Source: a bacterium (GTDB taxonomy: Bacteria > Electryoneota > Electryoneia > Electryoneales > Electryoneaceae). Taken from it: a DNA stretch of 64,000 nucleotides. Within the stretch, counting starts at the first letter, position 1. Each line of letters starts with the position of its first letter. Made by a program: the position numbers and the translations under genes. The notes beneath the pieces are model-generated. The model was not told where the DNA came from. It saw only the letters and a program-made list of their open reading frames with translations, and did not search any database. Below are positions 50,850-62,400 of the stretch, one piece after another. The stretch lies in the NCBI GenBank assembly GCA_963669175.1, contig OY769902.1, forward strand, positions 4,128,001-4,192,000, in the 5' to 3' direction.

Positions 50850-53297
50850 TTAGAACTCAAACCGCACTCCCCCGACAAAGAACAGGCTGAACTGATACGA
50901 GGTATTGATTTCGCCATCATCGGCATACGAATACATCGCCACATTTTTCTGGTCAAGCACATTTTGAACTTCCAGGTAGAAGATCAGCGATGTGCTTTTG
51001 AAATAATGCTTGTTGTCCACACGCACATCCCAGCGCGAATAGCGGGGATAATGTTCGTTGTTATGCCCCACGCTTTCCCAGTGCCCCTCGTAATAGGGTT
51101 CAGGTGAATCCATACCTTCCCCATACCAGACTTTACGGGTGTAGGGACGACCGGAGATGTAACGGTAGCGTGTTGAGAAAGTCAGCTCATCACCATTGAT
51201 AGGCAGGACCGTCAACCATTTCAGGTAAACCTTGTCCAGTAGGCTCCTGTACCAGTGTTGTTTGATCAGGCTGGTTTTATACCCGAGTACTACAGTCGCC
51301 ACATGCCGGAAATCATACTCGGCGGGATAATCTCCGTAAGCTGGCGAGGTCTCTTCGCTCTTACCGAAGGAATAGCTCAGGGTGCCGTACCAGTTCCGTT
51401 CCAACTTCTGGTGTGCGAAGAATTCAAAGCCCCACGCGGACTTCTCTTTTACCGGGAGCAGTATCTCGCTCCTGTAGGTCTGATCACCAGTCTGATGCCG
51501 AACGATGCGCCCCTTCGTTTCCAGTAGATCCTGGTATTCCTTGTAATACCCCTCAAGACTCAACATGGTGGAAGGACGTGGGACAAACTTCAGCCCGGCG
51601 ATGTATTGATCCGCACGTGAGTATGGCAGGTTGGCATTGGCCGGATCAGCATCATAAACATACCCGTAATTATATGAGAAAAACGGATGCGCCTGGTAAT
51701 AGGCGCCATAGGCAAGGCTGAACTGCCAGGCAGGGAGGAAATCATAACGGAAGGACAGACGTGGACCAACAGCATGTTGCTCCGCATATTTGAATCCATC
51801 ATAACGTAATCCTGCGATAATAGATACCGGGTTAAACGGACGCCATGTGTACTGAAGAAATGCGGATGTTTTTACGGTTGAAAACGACTTCTTGATATCC
51901 TGGTTGGCGAAGAGTGTATCATCGGGTTCACCATCCGGTGGGCCAAAGGTGCCATCATTGTACACAACCGTATCCGGTGCGATCCAGATGTATTCCTTTA
52001 CGTTTAAAGGCTTCAGGCCAAAACCGACTGACCATTCATCCTGTCCACGTGCACGTCCGTTCCAGCTAAGCGATATCTGGTAGTTGATCTCATCATGTGT
52101 GTTCTGGACATAGGGAGTTTCGATGTTATGACCAAGTGAATCTTCGTCAATCTCTTTGACATCGACTGTATAGAACGCGCTGGTCCTCGCCAGGATCAGC
52201 TCTGTATACCCCACTCCCCACAGGCTGCGAAGACGAAGACCACTGACAAACTTTCGATTCTTATTTTCAACGACTTCTGCACCACGACTGTAACTATCGT
52301 CATTATCATCGGATTCAATATCGATCCAGTCATCCGCGTACAGGGCATTCATGGTCAACTTGTGACGATCCGACAGATCATAGACAACTTTGCCCTGTGT
52401 GCTCCAGTATTGCGGAATGGATTCCAAACCGACTGCATCATGCATCAGGTCCAGGTAACTCCGATGTCCGGTAACAAGAAAACTGCCTTTCCCCTTGTGT
52501 ATAGGTCCCTCAATGTTGCCGCCCGATCCGGACATGTTCAGATCAAGACAACCTGCGTACTGTTGACGGCTGCCTTCACGCAATTCCAGGTCCAGGACAC
52601 TGGAAAGCTTGTCACCATAGCGTGCTGAGAAACCGCCGGAAGCAAAGGTGACCTCATTCAGAAATTCAGCGTTGATCGCATTGATCGGTCCACCACTGGC
52701 GCCAGGATAGCCGAAGTGATTGATATTTTCAACCTCGATTCCGTCCATGACGATCAGGTTTTCGTTAGGACTGCCGCCGCGTACCACGATCTCATTGTTC
52801 TGATCAGACTCGCCGGCCACCCCCGGCAAAGCCTGTATCATGCGCTGTACATCCTCAACAGCGCCCGGCGCTCGGCGGACTTCCTCATAACGTAAGGAAC
52901 GGGCAGACGTTGGCATGTCCACAGATGGTTGCTGGAAATACCCTGCGGTGAAAACGACTTCTTCGGATTGAATCGCCGTTGGTTGGAGTGTGAAATTGAC
53001 TTCGGCAGAACGATTGGGACGAACAACAATCTCCGCAATTGTCTTCGTTTCATACCCCAAAGCCGACGCCGTTACATGATACGTGCCCGGTTCAAGGGCG
53101 CTGATCTTATAATTACCATCCAGATCTGCCGCAGCCCCACGATTACTGCCGGATATCATTACATTCGCTGCCGGTATCGGTTCCATTGTGACTGCATTTA
53201 CAACCTCACCACGAATTGAACCATTCCCTGCAGCATAGGCTACCATGCTGAGTAAACAGCATGTGATCACCATTGTCAGCATCAATAACGCGCGCAT
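50850..53297 (-). CDS. TonB-dependent receptor
   Basis: Signal peptide, carboxypeptidase-like N-domain, plug (ALPGV..VRGG..ENL..DG), SARYG and terminal GVRFEF. Confidence 0.92.
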   Translation of the reverse strand: MRALLMLTMVITCCLLSMVAYAAGNGSIRGEVVNAVTMEPIPAANVMISGSNRGAAADLDGNYKISALEPGTYHVTASALGYETKTIAEIVVRPNRSAEVNFTLQPTAIQSEEVVFTAGYFQQPSVDMPTSARSLRYEEVRRAPGAVEDVQRMIQALPGVAGESDQNNEIVVRGGSPNENLIVMDGIEVENINHFGYPGASGGPINAINAEFLNEVTFASGGFSARYGDKLSSVLDLELREGSRQQYAGCLDLNMSGSGGNIEGPIHKGKGSFLVTGHRSYLDLMHDAVGLESIPQYWSTQGKVVYDLSDRHKLTMNALYADDWIDIESDDNDDSYSRGAEVVENKNRKFVSGLRLRSLWGVGYTELILARTSAFYTVDVKEIDEDSLGHNIETPYVQNTHDEINYQISLSWNGRARGQDEWSVGFGLKPLNVKEYIWIAPDTVVYNDGTFGPPDGEPDDTLFANQDIKKSFSTVKTSAFLQYTWRPFNPVSIIAGLRYDGFKYAEQHAVGPRLSFRYDFLPAWQFSLAYGAYYQAHPFFSYNYGYVYDADPANANLPYSRADQYIAGLKFVPRPSTMLSLEGYYKEYQDLLETKGRIVRHQTGDQTYRSEILLPVKEKSAWGFEFFAHQKLERNWYGTLSYSFGKSEETSPAYGDYPAEYDFRHVATVVLGYKTSLIKQHWYRSLLDKVYLKWLTVLPINGDELTFSTRYRYISGRPYTRKVWYGEGMDSPEPYYEGHWESVGHNNEHYPRYSRWDVRVDNKHYFKSTSLIFYLEVQNVLDQKNVAMYSYADDGEINTSYQFSLFFVGGVRFEF

Positions 53298-53381
53298 GTG
53301 CCTCCCCTTTCATGCGCCCACATATAAAATGGACGCTCGACTCCCGTTCAAGCGCCCACACTATAAATGTAGTATGTTTGG

Positions 53382-53840
53382 TCAATCTTCGTCAGGCTCT
53401 CCGAGTTCAACTCGTTCCCCATTCAAATCATAGAAATAGTGGAATTTCACCACGCCTTTCATGATGGCGGATACACCGCAATAACGTGTGCGGCTGAGAT
53501 TGATTGCCCGGGCCAGTTTCTTGGGATCGACATCACCAGTCACGTGAAACACCACATTGATCTCTTTCCAGTACTTCGGATATTCTTCGGTACGGTCCAC
53601 ACCTTCCACTTCTACTTCGTAGCTCTGGACATCCTGTTTCATCTTGCGCAGGATACTGATTGCGTCCATTCCGGTGCATCCGGCCAGTCCGACAAATGGC
53701 AGTTCGGCGGGACGTGCCGCGCTGTCATCTCCGCCCACATTCGGCATGCTGTCCATATAGACGGTATGCCCGCTTCCGGTGGTTGCGGCAAAGCGCATTT
53801 TACTGACGTCTTCCAGTTTTACTTTGGTTATGCTCTTCAT
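53382..53840 (-). CDS. OsmC/YhfA family protein
   Basis: RPAEL..GLAGCTGMD..IL.KM and YCGVS (two-Cys) motifs. Confidence 0.9.
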   Translation of the reverse strand: MKSITKVKLEDVSKMRFAATTGSGHTVYMDSMPNVGGDDSAARPAELPFVGLAGCTGMDAISILRKMKQDVQSYEVEVEGVDRTEEYPKYWKEINVVFHVTGDVDPKKLARAINLSRTRYCGVSAIMKGVVKFHYFYDLNGERVELGEPDED

Positions 53841-53981
53841 GGCATCTCCGGTTTCGTTGTTCGCTGTCGCTAAAATAGTCACGTTCACTATTGGATGCAC
53901 TTGTCACGTCCATGATCCATGCTATAAAAAAGCGGGACCGCCCCATTGCGAGCCAGTCCCGGATTTCGAACAAAACAGGTA

Positions 53982-54578
53982 TTACTTGGCAGCGTCAAAC
54001 CGTGCAGCCACATCATCCCAGTTGACCAGGTGATCCATGAAGGTCGCGGTCCAGTTCGGACGTACGTTCTGGTACTTCAGATAGTAGGCATGTTCCCAGA
54101 CATCGCATACCAGGATCGGAATGATTCCCTGTACGGTCAGGTTCTGGTGAATTTCCGCCTCAAGCACCAGCAGCTTGCCCAGATCCTTGTGCCAGCCGAG
54201 GATACCCCAACCGCTGCCTTCGACGGCGTTCGTCGCGGCCAGGAACTGCTTCTTGAAAGCATCGAAACTCCCGAAAGACGCTACGATCTCATCCATCAAC
54301 GCGCCCGTCGGCTCACCGCCACCGTTCGGCTTCATGTTGGTCCAGAAGATGGTATGCAGCATGTGGCCGCTGCCATGAAACGCCACTTCCTTGCTCAACG
54401 CCTTGGCCGCGGCAAAATCGCCCGCTTCACGCGCCTTCTCCAGCTTCTCCAGCGCGGCGTTCAATCCTGCCACGTACCCGGCATGATGCTTGTCGTGATG
54501 CAGGGTGACCGTTTCCTTGTCGTAATGCGGTTCCAACGCATCGTATGCGTAGGGCAGTTCCGGTAATGTGTAAGGCAT
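53982..54578 (-). CDS. Fe/Mn superoxide dismutase
   Basis: LPELPYAYDALEP, HHDKHH, HTIFW, GSGWG and DVWEHAYY motifs. Confidence 0.96.
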   Translation of the reverse strand: MPYTLPELPYAYDALEPHYDKETVTLHHDKHHAGYVAGLNAALEKLEKAREAGDFAAAKALSKEVAFHGSGHMLHTIFWTNMKPNGGGEPTGALMDEIVASFGSFDAFKKQFLAATNAVEGSGWGILGWHKDLGKLLVLEAEIHQNLTVQGIIPILVCDVWEHAYYLKYQNVRPNWTATFMDHLVNWDDVAARFDAAK

Positions 54579-54809
54579 GATCTTCTCCCGTTGTTTAGTG
54601 AATGTCGTCACTGGCTAAATATGCTTCACAAATATTGCGAAACAACAGCGATTCTGAAACGGAATTCCCTTCGAGAGACGGTGGGAGAATGAAATCCTTT
54701 CTAGTTGGCCCCGCCGGCTTGAAGCACGACGAAGCGAAGCGTAGAAGGCTGCCCGGCGGTGGTTTATACTAATTCAGAGAATCAAGTCCTTCGGTTTTCA
54801 ATACCGAGG

Positions 54810-54900
54810 CAACTCCGAAGGAGTTGGATAGGTGAGCCCTGGGCACGTGCCGTCTGTTTGGCACGTACCCAGGGCTCACCTATCTAATCCCTGCGGGATA
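54810..54900. repeat. REP-like palindrome, family A
   Basis: GATAGGTGAGCCCTGGG..GTGCC / GGCAC..CCCAGGGCTCACCTATC long inverted repeat. Confidence 0.85.
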
Positions 54901-54971
54901 CCTCCCTGCTTCCAACATCAGGCTTTCCGGATTTCGGGATACCTCCCTACTTCCGACATCAGGCTTTCCGG
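54894..54971 (+). repeat. Two 41-bp-period direct repeats
   Basis: CGGGATACCTCCCT(G/A)CTTCC(A/G)ACATCAGGCTTTCCGG occurs twice. Confidence 0.8.
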
Positions 54972-55091
54972 CCTTATGGGAAGCTAAAAGATTATGCAAT
55001 CAATCGGACGATTCTTTCGGGATAGCTTGGAAGGAAAAGTCTATTTATATAAACAGCACGCATACCTTGTTCCTATTGAAATATGACCTGA

Positions 55092-55123
55092 AAAAACCGG
55101 ACTGACAATCATCAGTCCGGTTA
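55092..55123 (-). terminator. Probable terminator downstream of the second SOD
   Basis: AACCGGACTGA/TCAGTCCGGTT stem with U-tract on the minus strand. Confidence 0.6.
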
Positions 55124-55238
55124 AATAATCGCGGGGTGCAATGCCCGCCGGCACTCGTGGGGGGCGTTACGAAATGCCAGAGGCATACGAACCCCGCTTT
55201 CTGAAATCTCCTATATAAACTCAAAAAATCAAGACAAA

Positions 55239-55431
55239 TCTCATCCCAGCGAAGGCTGGGATCCAGGCAAATATCGACAAAATAACAACTTGGACACTTG
55301 AACGGCTCTCAATGTACCGCGTATCTTGACAACACTTAACCTCTTGTAATATCGCAACCTGACTGGATCCCAGCCTTCGCTGGAATGAGAGCATCAGTGA
55401 TTCTGAGACACCTTGCTTCGCTGGAATGAGA
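55239..55431. repeat. REP-like inverted pair (TCATCCCAGCGAAGGCTGGGATCCAG type)
   Basis: TCTCATCCCAGCGAAGGCTGGGATCCAG ... CTGGATCCCAGCCTTCGCTGGAATGAGA, plus a partial third copy. Confidence 0.8.
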
Positions 55432-55444
55432 ACTTCTCTCGTTT

Positions 55445-56053
55445 TTAAGCCGGATTCGCCTTCAAATACAGCTCGTTGATCTTTTCCCAGTTCAGGTTCT
55501 CGAGGAACGCGTCAACATACTTCCCGCGATCGGGCCCGTTGTCGTAGTAGTACGCATGCTCGAACACGTCGACCGGAACCAGTGGGGACGCGCCCCACAC
55601 GGCACCGTTGTTGTGCATGTCCACGAGGAAATTGTGCAACGCGCCATCGGTCGGATCAAAGCTCAGGATCGCCCAGCCCAGGCTGGCCATAGCCGTGGCC
55701 TTGAAGTCTGCCTTCCACGCATTAAAACTGCCGAAATCAGCTTCGATCTTCTTGATCACCGCAAGATCATTGCTGTAGCTGCCGTCACTACCCATGACAT
55801 CGTAGTAGATCTCATGCAGGATCTGGCCGGACGCGTTAAATGTCTCACGACGCTTCAACTCGCCAAACTCGCTGAAGTTAGCATTGGCGCCACTCTTGTC
55901 ACCAAACTCCTCCAACTTCTTCTCGATCTCGTTACGCTTTGCCACATACCCGGCATAATGCTTGTCATGATGCCACGTGTTGACCTGCTCGGAAATGCCA
56001 TTGAGTTTATCGTAAGCGTACGGTAACGGTTTTACCTGATGGTTGCCCTTCAT
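55445..56053 (-). CDS. Fe/Mn superoxide dismutase (second, divergent subfamily)
   Basis: KPLPY, HHDKHY, ILHEIYY and DVFEHAYY motifs; RBS GGAGGAG. Confidence 0.93.
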   Translation of the reverse strand: MKGNHQVKPLPYAYDKLNGISEQVNTWHHDKHYAGYVAKRNEIEKKLEEFGDKSGANANFSEFGELKRRETFNASGQILHEIYYDVMGSDGSYSNDLAVIKKIEADFGSFNAWKADFKATAMASLGWAILSFDPTDGALHNFLVDMHNNGAVWGASPLVPVDVFEHAYYYDNGPDRGKYVDAFLENLNWEKINELYLKANPA

Positions 56054-56196
56054 CTTCTCCTCCAGTGCTATGGTATGGTAGTTTGCTTCTCCTAACACTT
56101 GTTAGGTTAGCTAAACTTTCAGCGGAAAGCAAGCGGGGAAAAGAGGTCGGGGGGACTTGGAGAGCAGGGGTGGTTCACGGTGTCCCGCTATGAGCG

Positions 56197-56230
56197 AAAA
56201 AACCCGGCTGCTAACCAGCCGGGCAAAAAA
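56197..56230. terminator. Terminator-like hairpin
   Basis: AAAAAA-CCCGGCTG-ctaac-CAGCCGGG; U-tract on the minus strand. Confidence 0.65.
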
Positions 56231-56315
56231 TCAGAAACAGGAAACGCCCTATTCCTGGCATCATCCTTTTCAACTTTCTTAACCTTCTTTACTTCTTTAC
56301 CTTCTTCACCTTTTT

Positions 56316-59300
56316 TTACTTGACCAGCACCATCCGCTTCATATCGGTGAATGCTCCCGCCTCGATGCGGTAGAAATACATCCCGCTGGCAAGTTGGCTG
56401 GCATCGAAGGTCACGCTATGCGTACCCGCCTGCATTGGACGGTCCACCAACTTCGCCACTTCCTGCCCCATGATGTTGTACACCGACAGCTTGACCGTTT
56501 CAGGACGCACCAGGTCAAAGCTCAACGTGGTGGTCGGGTTGAATGGATTCGGAAAATTCTGGTGCAAGGAAAATTCTGTTGGGAGAGTTGTACCGTCAAG
56601 CTTACTGGTATGGTTCATCGATTCATGTAACGCAGCCCATTTCTGCTCAAAATCAGCCTCGTTTAGAGGAATGATTTCTTCGTTTACACCTAACTTCGGC
56701 AGGCCAAAAGCGGCGTATTCTTGGCTACCTGCCGAATTAGTTCCATATCCACCACCGCCACTGCTCAATGCCATCTGGTAATATGTGGTGAGTTGTCCGA
56801 TAAGACCACGTAGCGAATCCAACTCCGTTTCTGCATCTTCAATCATATCGTCAAACTGCTCAATGGAGCTTTCATAATCCGCTATCTGGTTTTGTAATAC
56901 AATCCTGGCCCAGAAAGCCGCACTTCCCAAATCAATATCGTCCAGATAATCCTCGAGATCCACGATCAGATCGCTTTCATCAGTGTCCAGATAAGACTCA
57001 CAACGAATCCAGCCACGAAGTGCTGCGGGATGCGGATTATCTGCAAGAGATGCAAGGTACAGCTCGGATGCGCTTGCATAATTTCCAGCATACTCTGCCT
57101 GACTGGCCAGTTGAAAGTATTCCGTTGTATATGCGGTTCTATTAGCGCTGGCATCTGCATCTGTAAGGTCTACACAATCTGCTGGATAAAACCAATCCGG
57201 TGAATTTGGGGAATAACCGATCCAGTAATTTCCTTTTCCATTATATGATGGTATAGTCCCATTATCATACAACAGATAAGGACGATCAGCGTAGGCAGAA
57301 CATACGAAATCGTTATGGCAATTCTTGAAATATGGCGTACTCGCATCAATCCGAATCTCGGCACGCTCTTTCTGATTATCAGCATCTTCACCATTCTCCT
57401 GGAAACGCGTCCCAAGATACGATCCCTCAACCCCCAACGTGACATCACTGCCACTGCCGCAGTAAATGCCGTTTTTGCCATTCTCAGCGACAGTATTTTC
57501 GCGAAAAGATGGCGTACTGTTATAAAGATAAATACCAATCCCACCATTTTCCGCAATAGTCGAACCTTTGACTTGCCCATCGCTGGTATTCAAATACCGG
57601 ATTCCACCTGTATTGTTATAGCGGATGGTACAATTCGCCATATCGAGTGAACCACCGCTATTATCGACTGCATATCCATCACAGTGCTCAATCGTGACAC
57701 AGTCCAGGGAAAGATCAACCCCTGAATAAAGCACAATGCCATCATCATCTGAGTAATAAATTTTCGCAGCTACAAAGTCGCCAGATGGGAGGAAATCGAA
57801 GAGATAAGGTGTGAATACGATACCATCCCACTTCTGCGCCTGGATGTAGGGTTTGAATTCGATCCACGAATTAGAATTCGCTGATCCGCCATCCACTTCC
57901 AGATCGCCTATAACATTGAGCTCGGTTCCAGGCATAAACTCAAGAACGATACTTGAAGTTCGGTCAAGTGCATTGGTAATTGCGAAATCATAACCATTGG
58001 GAACTGTCAGATCTGACACAACCCGGTATGGAGAATCATCAATAACATGTATAGAGCCACCATCGGGCAGTGTGCCACCTACAGCGACATAGTAATCGCC
58101 AGTTGCGCAATCACCACCACCGAAGGCTCCCATATCTGTAGTGGTACCGTTGAGGTTGTTGCCAACATCGTTATTGTTTCCTTCATGGAGGCAGACGGAG
58201 TTCCAGAGGAGGTGATAGTTGTAAGAATCTGTAGGATCGTTCACGCTACTGTTATCAATAGCAAATCCCGGATCACTGTTGTTTTGTATCCCGTTACCGT
58301 TGAATGTAACATTGCTGCCTTCCCTTGTCCCTCCGCGACCATAAACATAGTTGTAGTCTACAGTGATTGCAGCATCGGAGTAGATTCCATATTCATCCCC
58401 ACCTGAAGCATCATCATCGTAATCATAAATAATGTTGTTCTCAACGGTTGGATCATTACCGGCATTAGTGAGAAGATAGAAGCCTGCTTTTCTGACATGA
58501 GCTACAGTGTTGTTTACCAAATAGTCAAAATGTGTGGAATAGATACCGTGACCATCGCAGTTAATTATCGTATTGTTAGTTACCGCAAAGTCAGTGACAT
58601 CAACACCAAAATCGATGTAAATTCCATTCCCATCATTGCCATTATCAGCTCTGCTGACCATGCCGATAATCGTATTATTCGCGATAGTCTGCTGGATTGT
58701 AACTCCATGATCGCTGATCAGGATACCATTTTGACAATTATAGATCAGGTTTCCGATGGCATCAAGAGTATTAAAACCTGCTATAGTACTGTAATCAACG
58801 CCTATTCCTGATCCGTAGGAATCGCCAATCTCACAATCTGTCACAGTCACATCAGCATATTCGTACAATACAATCGGACCGGATATGTTTGTACTCTGAG
58901 ATTCCTCAATATCCCCACCGTACTGGATGATGCAGTTGTCAAACGTGCCAGTTGCCCTGTTTCCAGCGCCAGCAGCCCCCATGAACTTGATTGATCCCCA
59001 ATCATCGGCACCTGTTCCAGTACTACTGGTGAAAGTGATCGGGCTATTCGAAGTACCTGCAGCCGTTAGAGTTGCGCCGCCGTTGATGATAAGCGAGAAG
59101 TCGCCGTAGTTGTCGTTGAATTTTACTACGACACCGGGCTCGATGGTTAAAGTTCCAGACAAGAGAGTAATTGCACCAGGATTTGATATATTGCCATTTG
59201 GGTTCAGAATATATGGATTCCCACCAGTTGTCCAAGTTACCGAACCTGGAAGATCATCGTTTATATCTGTTGCACAAGCAACAGTGGCATACATCAATAT

Positions 59301-59345
59301 CTCAACTGTGACAAATACTAAGAGAATTGCGCTTTGCTTACTCAT
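56316..59345 (-). CDS. Secreted right-handed beta-helix protein with T9SS type A sorting domain
   Basis: Signal peptide, LTIEPGVVVKF, Asn-rich beta-helix repeats, C-terminal QNFPNPFNPTT..YNIMGQEV..LASGMYFY..KRMVLVK. Confidence 0.87.
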   Translation of the reverse strand: MSKQSAILLVFVTVEILMYATVACATDINDDLPGSVTWTTGGNPYILNPNGNISNPGAITLLSGTLTIEPGVVVKFNDNYGDFSLIINGGATLTAAGTSNSPITFTSSTGTGADDWGSIKFMGAAGAGNRATGTFDNCIIQYGGDIEESQSTNISGPIVLYEYADVTVTDCEIGDSYGSGIGVDYSTIAGFNTLDAIGNLIYNCQNGILISDHGVTIQQTIANNTIIGMVSRADNGNDGNGIYIDFGVDVTDFAVTNNTIINCDGHGIYSTHFDYLVNNTVAHVRKAGFYLLTNAGNDPTVENNIIYDYDDDASGGDEYGIYSDAAITVDYNYVYGRGGTREGSNVTFNGNGIQNNSDPGFAIDNSSVNDPTDSYNYHLLWNSVCLHEGNNNDVGNNLNGTTTDMGAFGGGDCATGDYYVAVGGTLPDGGSIHVIDDSPYRVVSDLTVPNGYDFAITNALDRTSSIVLEFMPGTELNVIGDLEVDGGSANSNSWIEFKPYIQAQKWDGIVFTPYLFDFLPSGDFVAAKIYYSDDDGIVLYSGVDLSLDCVTIEHCDGYAVDNSGGSLDMANCTIRYNNTGGIRYLNTSDGQVKGSTIAENGGIGIYLYNSTPSFRENTVAENGKNGIYCGSGSDVTLGVEGSYLGTRFQENGEDADNQKERAEIRIDASTPYFKNCHNDFVCSAYADRPYLLYDNGTIPSYNGKGNYWIGYSPNSPDWFYPADCVDLTDADASANRTAYTTEYFQLASQAEYAGNYASASELYLASLADNPHPAALRGWIRCESYLDTDESDLIVDLEDYLDDIDLGSAAFWARIVLQNQIADYESSIEQFDDMIEDAETELDSLRGLIGQLTTYYQMALSSGGGGYGTNSAGSQEYAAFGLPKLGVNEEIIPLNEADFEQKWAALHESMNHTSKLDGTTLPTEFSLHQNFPNPFNPTTTLSFDLVRPETVKLSVYNIMGQEVAKLVDRPMQAGTHSVTFDASQLASGMYFYRIEAGAFTDMKRMVLVK

Positions 59346-59400
59346 CGTAAACTCCTATATTACAAATGGACACAGTACTCCTGAAGTACTGTTTTTCTGC

Positions 59401-59446
59401 GCTGGACGGGTTCGTGGGCAAACGAGTCCCCGTCCAGCTTTTTTTT
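59401..59446. terminator. Hairpin between the two T9SS-A genes (T-tract on the plus strand)
   Basis: GCTGGACGGG ... CCCGTCCAGC followed by TTTTTTTT. Confidence 0.55.
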
Positions 59447-62400
59447 CTACTTTAACAGAATGGCTTTTTGTCTTTCCACCTCCTTTCCAGCCTTGATTTC
59501 GATGATATACATACCGGAAGCAAGTGAAGCTGCCTCAAAGGTAATGCTATGTTTTCCAGCCAATTGCCTACTAGAAGGTAGAGCAAGAACTGTTTGGCCG
59601 ACTAGATTATAAATCCGTATGTCAACATCTATAACGCTTGGAATAGCGTAGGAGACAGTCACAAAAGAATTGAAAGGATTGGGATATGGAGAGAATACCT
59701 GAAACTCGGTAGGTAAATCCGATTTTGCTTCTTTTATCCAATCAGGGTATTCGTAAAGTTCTCCATAGGGACCTCCCCAACGACCGATATCGTTTCGGGT
59801 TCCGTCAAGATCAAAGAAACTGGAATCTGGATGACCAGCATCTATCAAGGGAGAATCCTCGTAAAGGTGACAAAGACTGTCTGCAAATCCCGGATTTACA
59901 AACAGGTTCGTCGAGTCCAATGGACAGCTAACCGCAAGGGTATCGTTACTCCAAAAACAGTTGTATTGAACCAGAAAATTGCGATTCAAATCCTCATTAT
60001 TTTGTATGCCAATAGAACAATCTTGGAATATATTGTTCATGATGACAGGAAAAAAAGAACCACCGGAATTATCAAAAAACCTTACAGCCCTATCATGCTC
60101 AATAAACACGTTATTGCGCGCGATATCCGTAGGAGAACTGAAAACAAGTGCGTTTTCAATAATACGTTCAGCCGCATAAAAAATATTATTTTCTATTGTT
60201 AATGAAGAATTATTTGATTCTGAAACACCAACACCATAAAAATAATTATTTCGAATATGGCCAACACTTTCATAGTTTAATGATATTCCCTTAGCTCTAT
60301 AAAAATGCGAATTACTAATATATAATTCTGAATATTCTACAGTTATTCCAGATGATCCAAATGTTTCCATCTCTACATCAATAAATATACAACTATCTAT
60401 CGATATAAAACTATTTCTCCCATAAATAAATCTGAATGGCCTATCTACGTCGGTGAAAAATCTACACTGTATGATTGATATGGTTGAATTTGAATTTATA
60501 TCTAATGTATAAAGCTCGCACTGTATAAAGCATGAATTAGCGATATTTATAATAGCCAATGAATCGGTAATTATGCAGCTTTGTCCGTAAGCAAACACCG
60601 TATACATAACACGACTTGTATCGCCATTTCCAACAACCTTAATACCTGCCCATCCACCAATAACAGCTTCTTCATTGTCCATAGTGAAACGAATGGAATC
60701 ACCTACCATACCTTCTGCGATAAGGGTACCATAACAATCTATTCCTATTTGCTGTTCTTCATCCTCCACATACCTGAACTGCAATTCACACCCCGGTTCG
60801 ATGACCAGGCTATCACCTTCGGGGACGACAATATCTTCCACCACGTAGAACGGGCTATCCTCCACACATAGCGTACCGCTGATTTCGCCACTTAGTAGAG
60901 TGCGCTGGTCCACATCCACCGTGACAATCGACGAATCGGTCTGTCCTTCGCCATCCTCCACGATCACCGTGAAACTGAAATCTTCCGCATCTTCTGGGAC
61001 GATTCCCGATACAGCAGTTGTATCGCCCACCCAGTCCAGCTCATCCTCCTCACTTAACCATTCCGGCAAGTCCGGGAAAGTGAAGCTGAAGGGGCCGTTG
61101 TCGTCGGTGGCAGTAATTTGAATGCGAAGCGGTAGGCCTGTTTGCGCAAAGACTTCTTCGGGGATGGTCTGGACCGGCGGGTTGTCGATGGATTGATCGT
61201 AGTAGAAACATCCGATATCAGCACGGGTGCCGTCCGGATCATCATCGCTGTCCGGATCACCGGCGTCAATACAGGGACTGTTAGCTTGTAAGGTGTAATC
61301 GAACGGATCACCGCCCGCCAGGAAAGGATTCTCAAAAAGGTTACCCTCGTCCAGCTCCACATCGCCCGTGATTTCTTCAAACTCATAGAAACTGTTGTAA
61401 CTGATACTGGCTGGCTGAAGTCCATTCACTGATCGTTCAATCGCTGTACAAGATCCCCCATCTCCAAGAAAGATATTGTTCTCGATGGTGGTTTCTACAT
61501 CCGTTCGAAGCCAGATACCTCGGTCCCCATTCACTTTAATTGTGTTGTTGCTGACAGTAATATTCCCACCCAGATCAAGACGAAAGTTATCTGCATAAGC
61601 ATCACCAGAAATCACATTGCGGTGTACCGTTCCGGTGCATGTATTCAATACAATCGTTGCGTGATGGGGAGTTCGGTCTGAAATGATGATGTTATCAAAG
61701 ATATTAACAGAAGAATCGTGAGCAAGCAGGTTTGGAAATGTATTGTTATGTACCATTGCTTCGGATTCTCTAAATGTAACACAACGTGCAATGTTGACTG
61801 AATCCTCAAGCCGCACCTGGTTATTATAGAAGTCAACATGACTGGTCTGAGCCAGGGGAGGAATCGTGCTGCAATTATAGAATTGATTATCATGAATGAT
61901 TGTTGTATCTGACCGAACGCTTAGCTGGCCTAAAAAATTGTGATGAACTGGATTGGAGTTCCCGTTCAATGCAACATTTCCCAATGGCGCAGTGTTATTG
62001 ATGAACGTGTAATCCTCGCCATAAAGGAGGGAAATGTTCATGAGAGGAAAACCGCTGTCCGGAAGGATTGAATTGAAATAACAATATTCGATGCTATCCG
62101 TATTAAACTCGCTCTTGAAAAAGCGATAAGAAGCAACTACTCGACTATGCTGCAGATGTGTGGAACCATAATAGAGGTCAAACCCCCACTGTACGGAATC
62201 TACCACACAATAGGACATCTCGATACGTGAGTCTTCTGAGTCCATGGGAGCCCTGAACCCACCGAAAGCGAAGTCCTCTGATACAAACAGAATCGAATCA
62301 CCAAGCGCACCATTCGCCAACAACGCTCCAAGGACAATGACGGGATACTTGAGCGAATCGGTCTGATCCTGAAATTCGACTATCACTCCCGGCTCAATCA

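Noticed and set aside
54894-54971. Possible mini-CRISPR
   Set aside because: Only two copies separated by about 4 nt, with no spacer.
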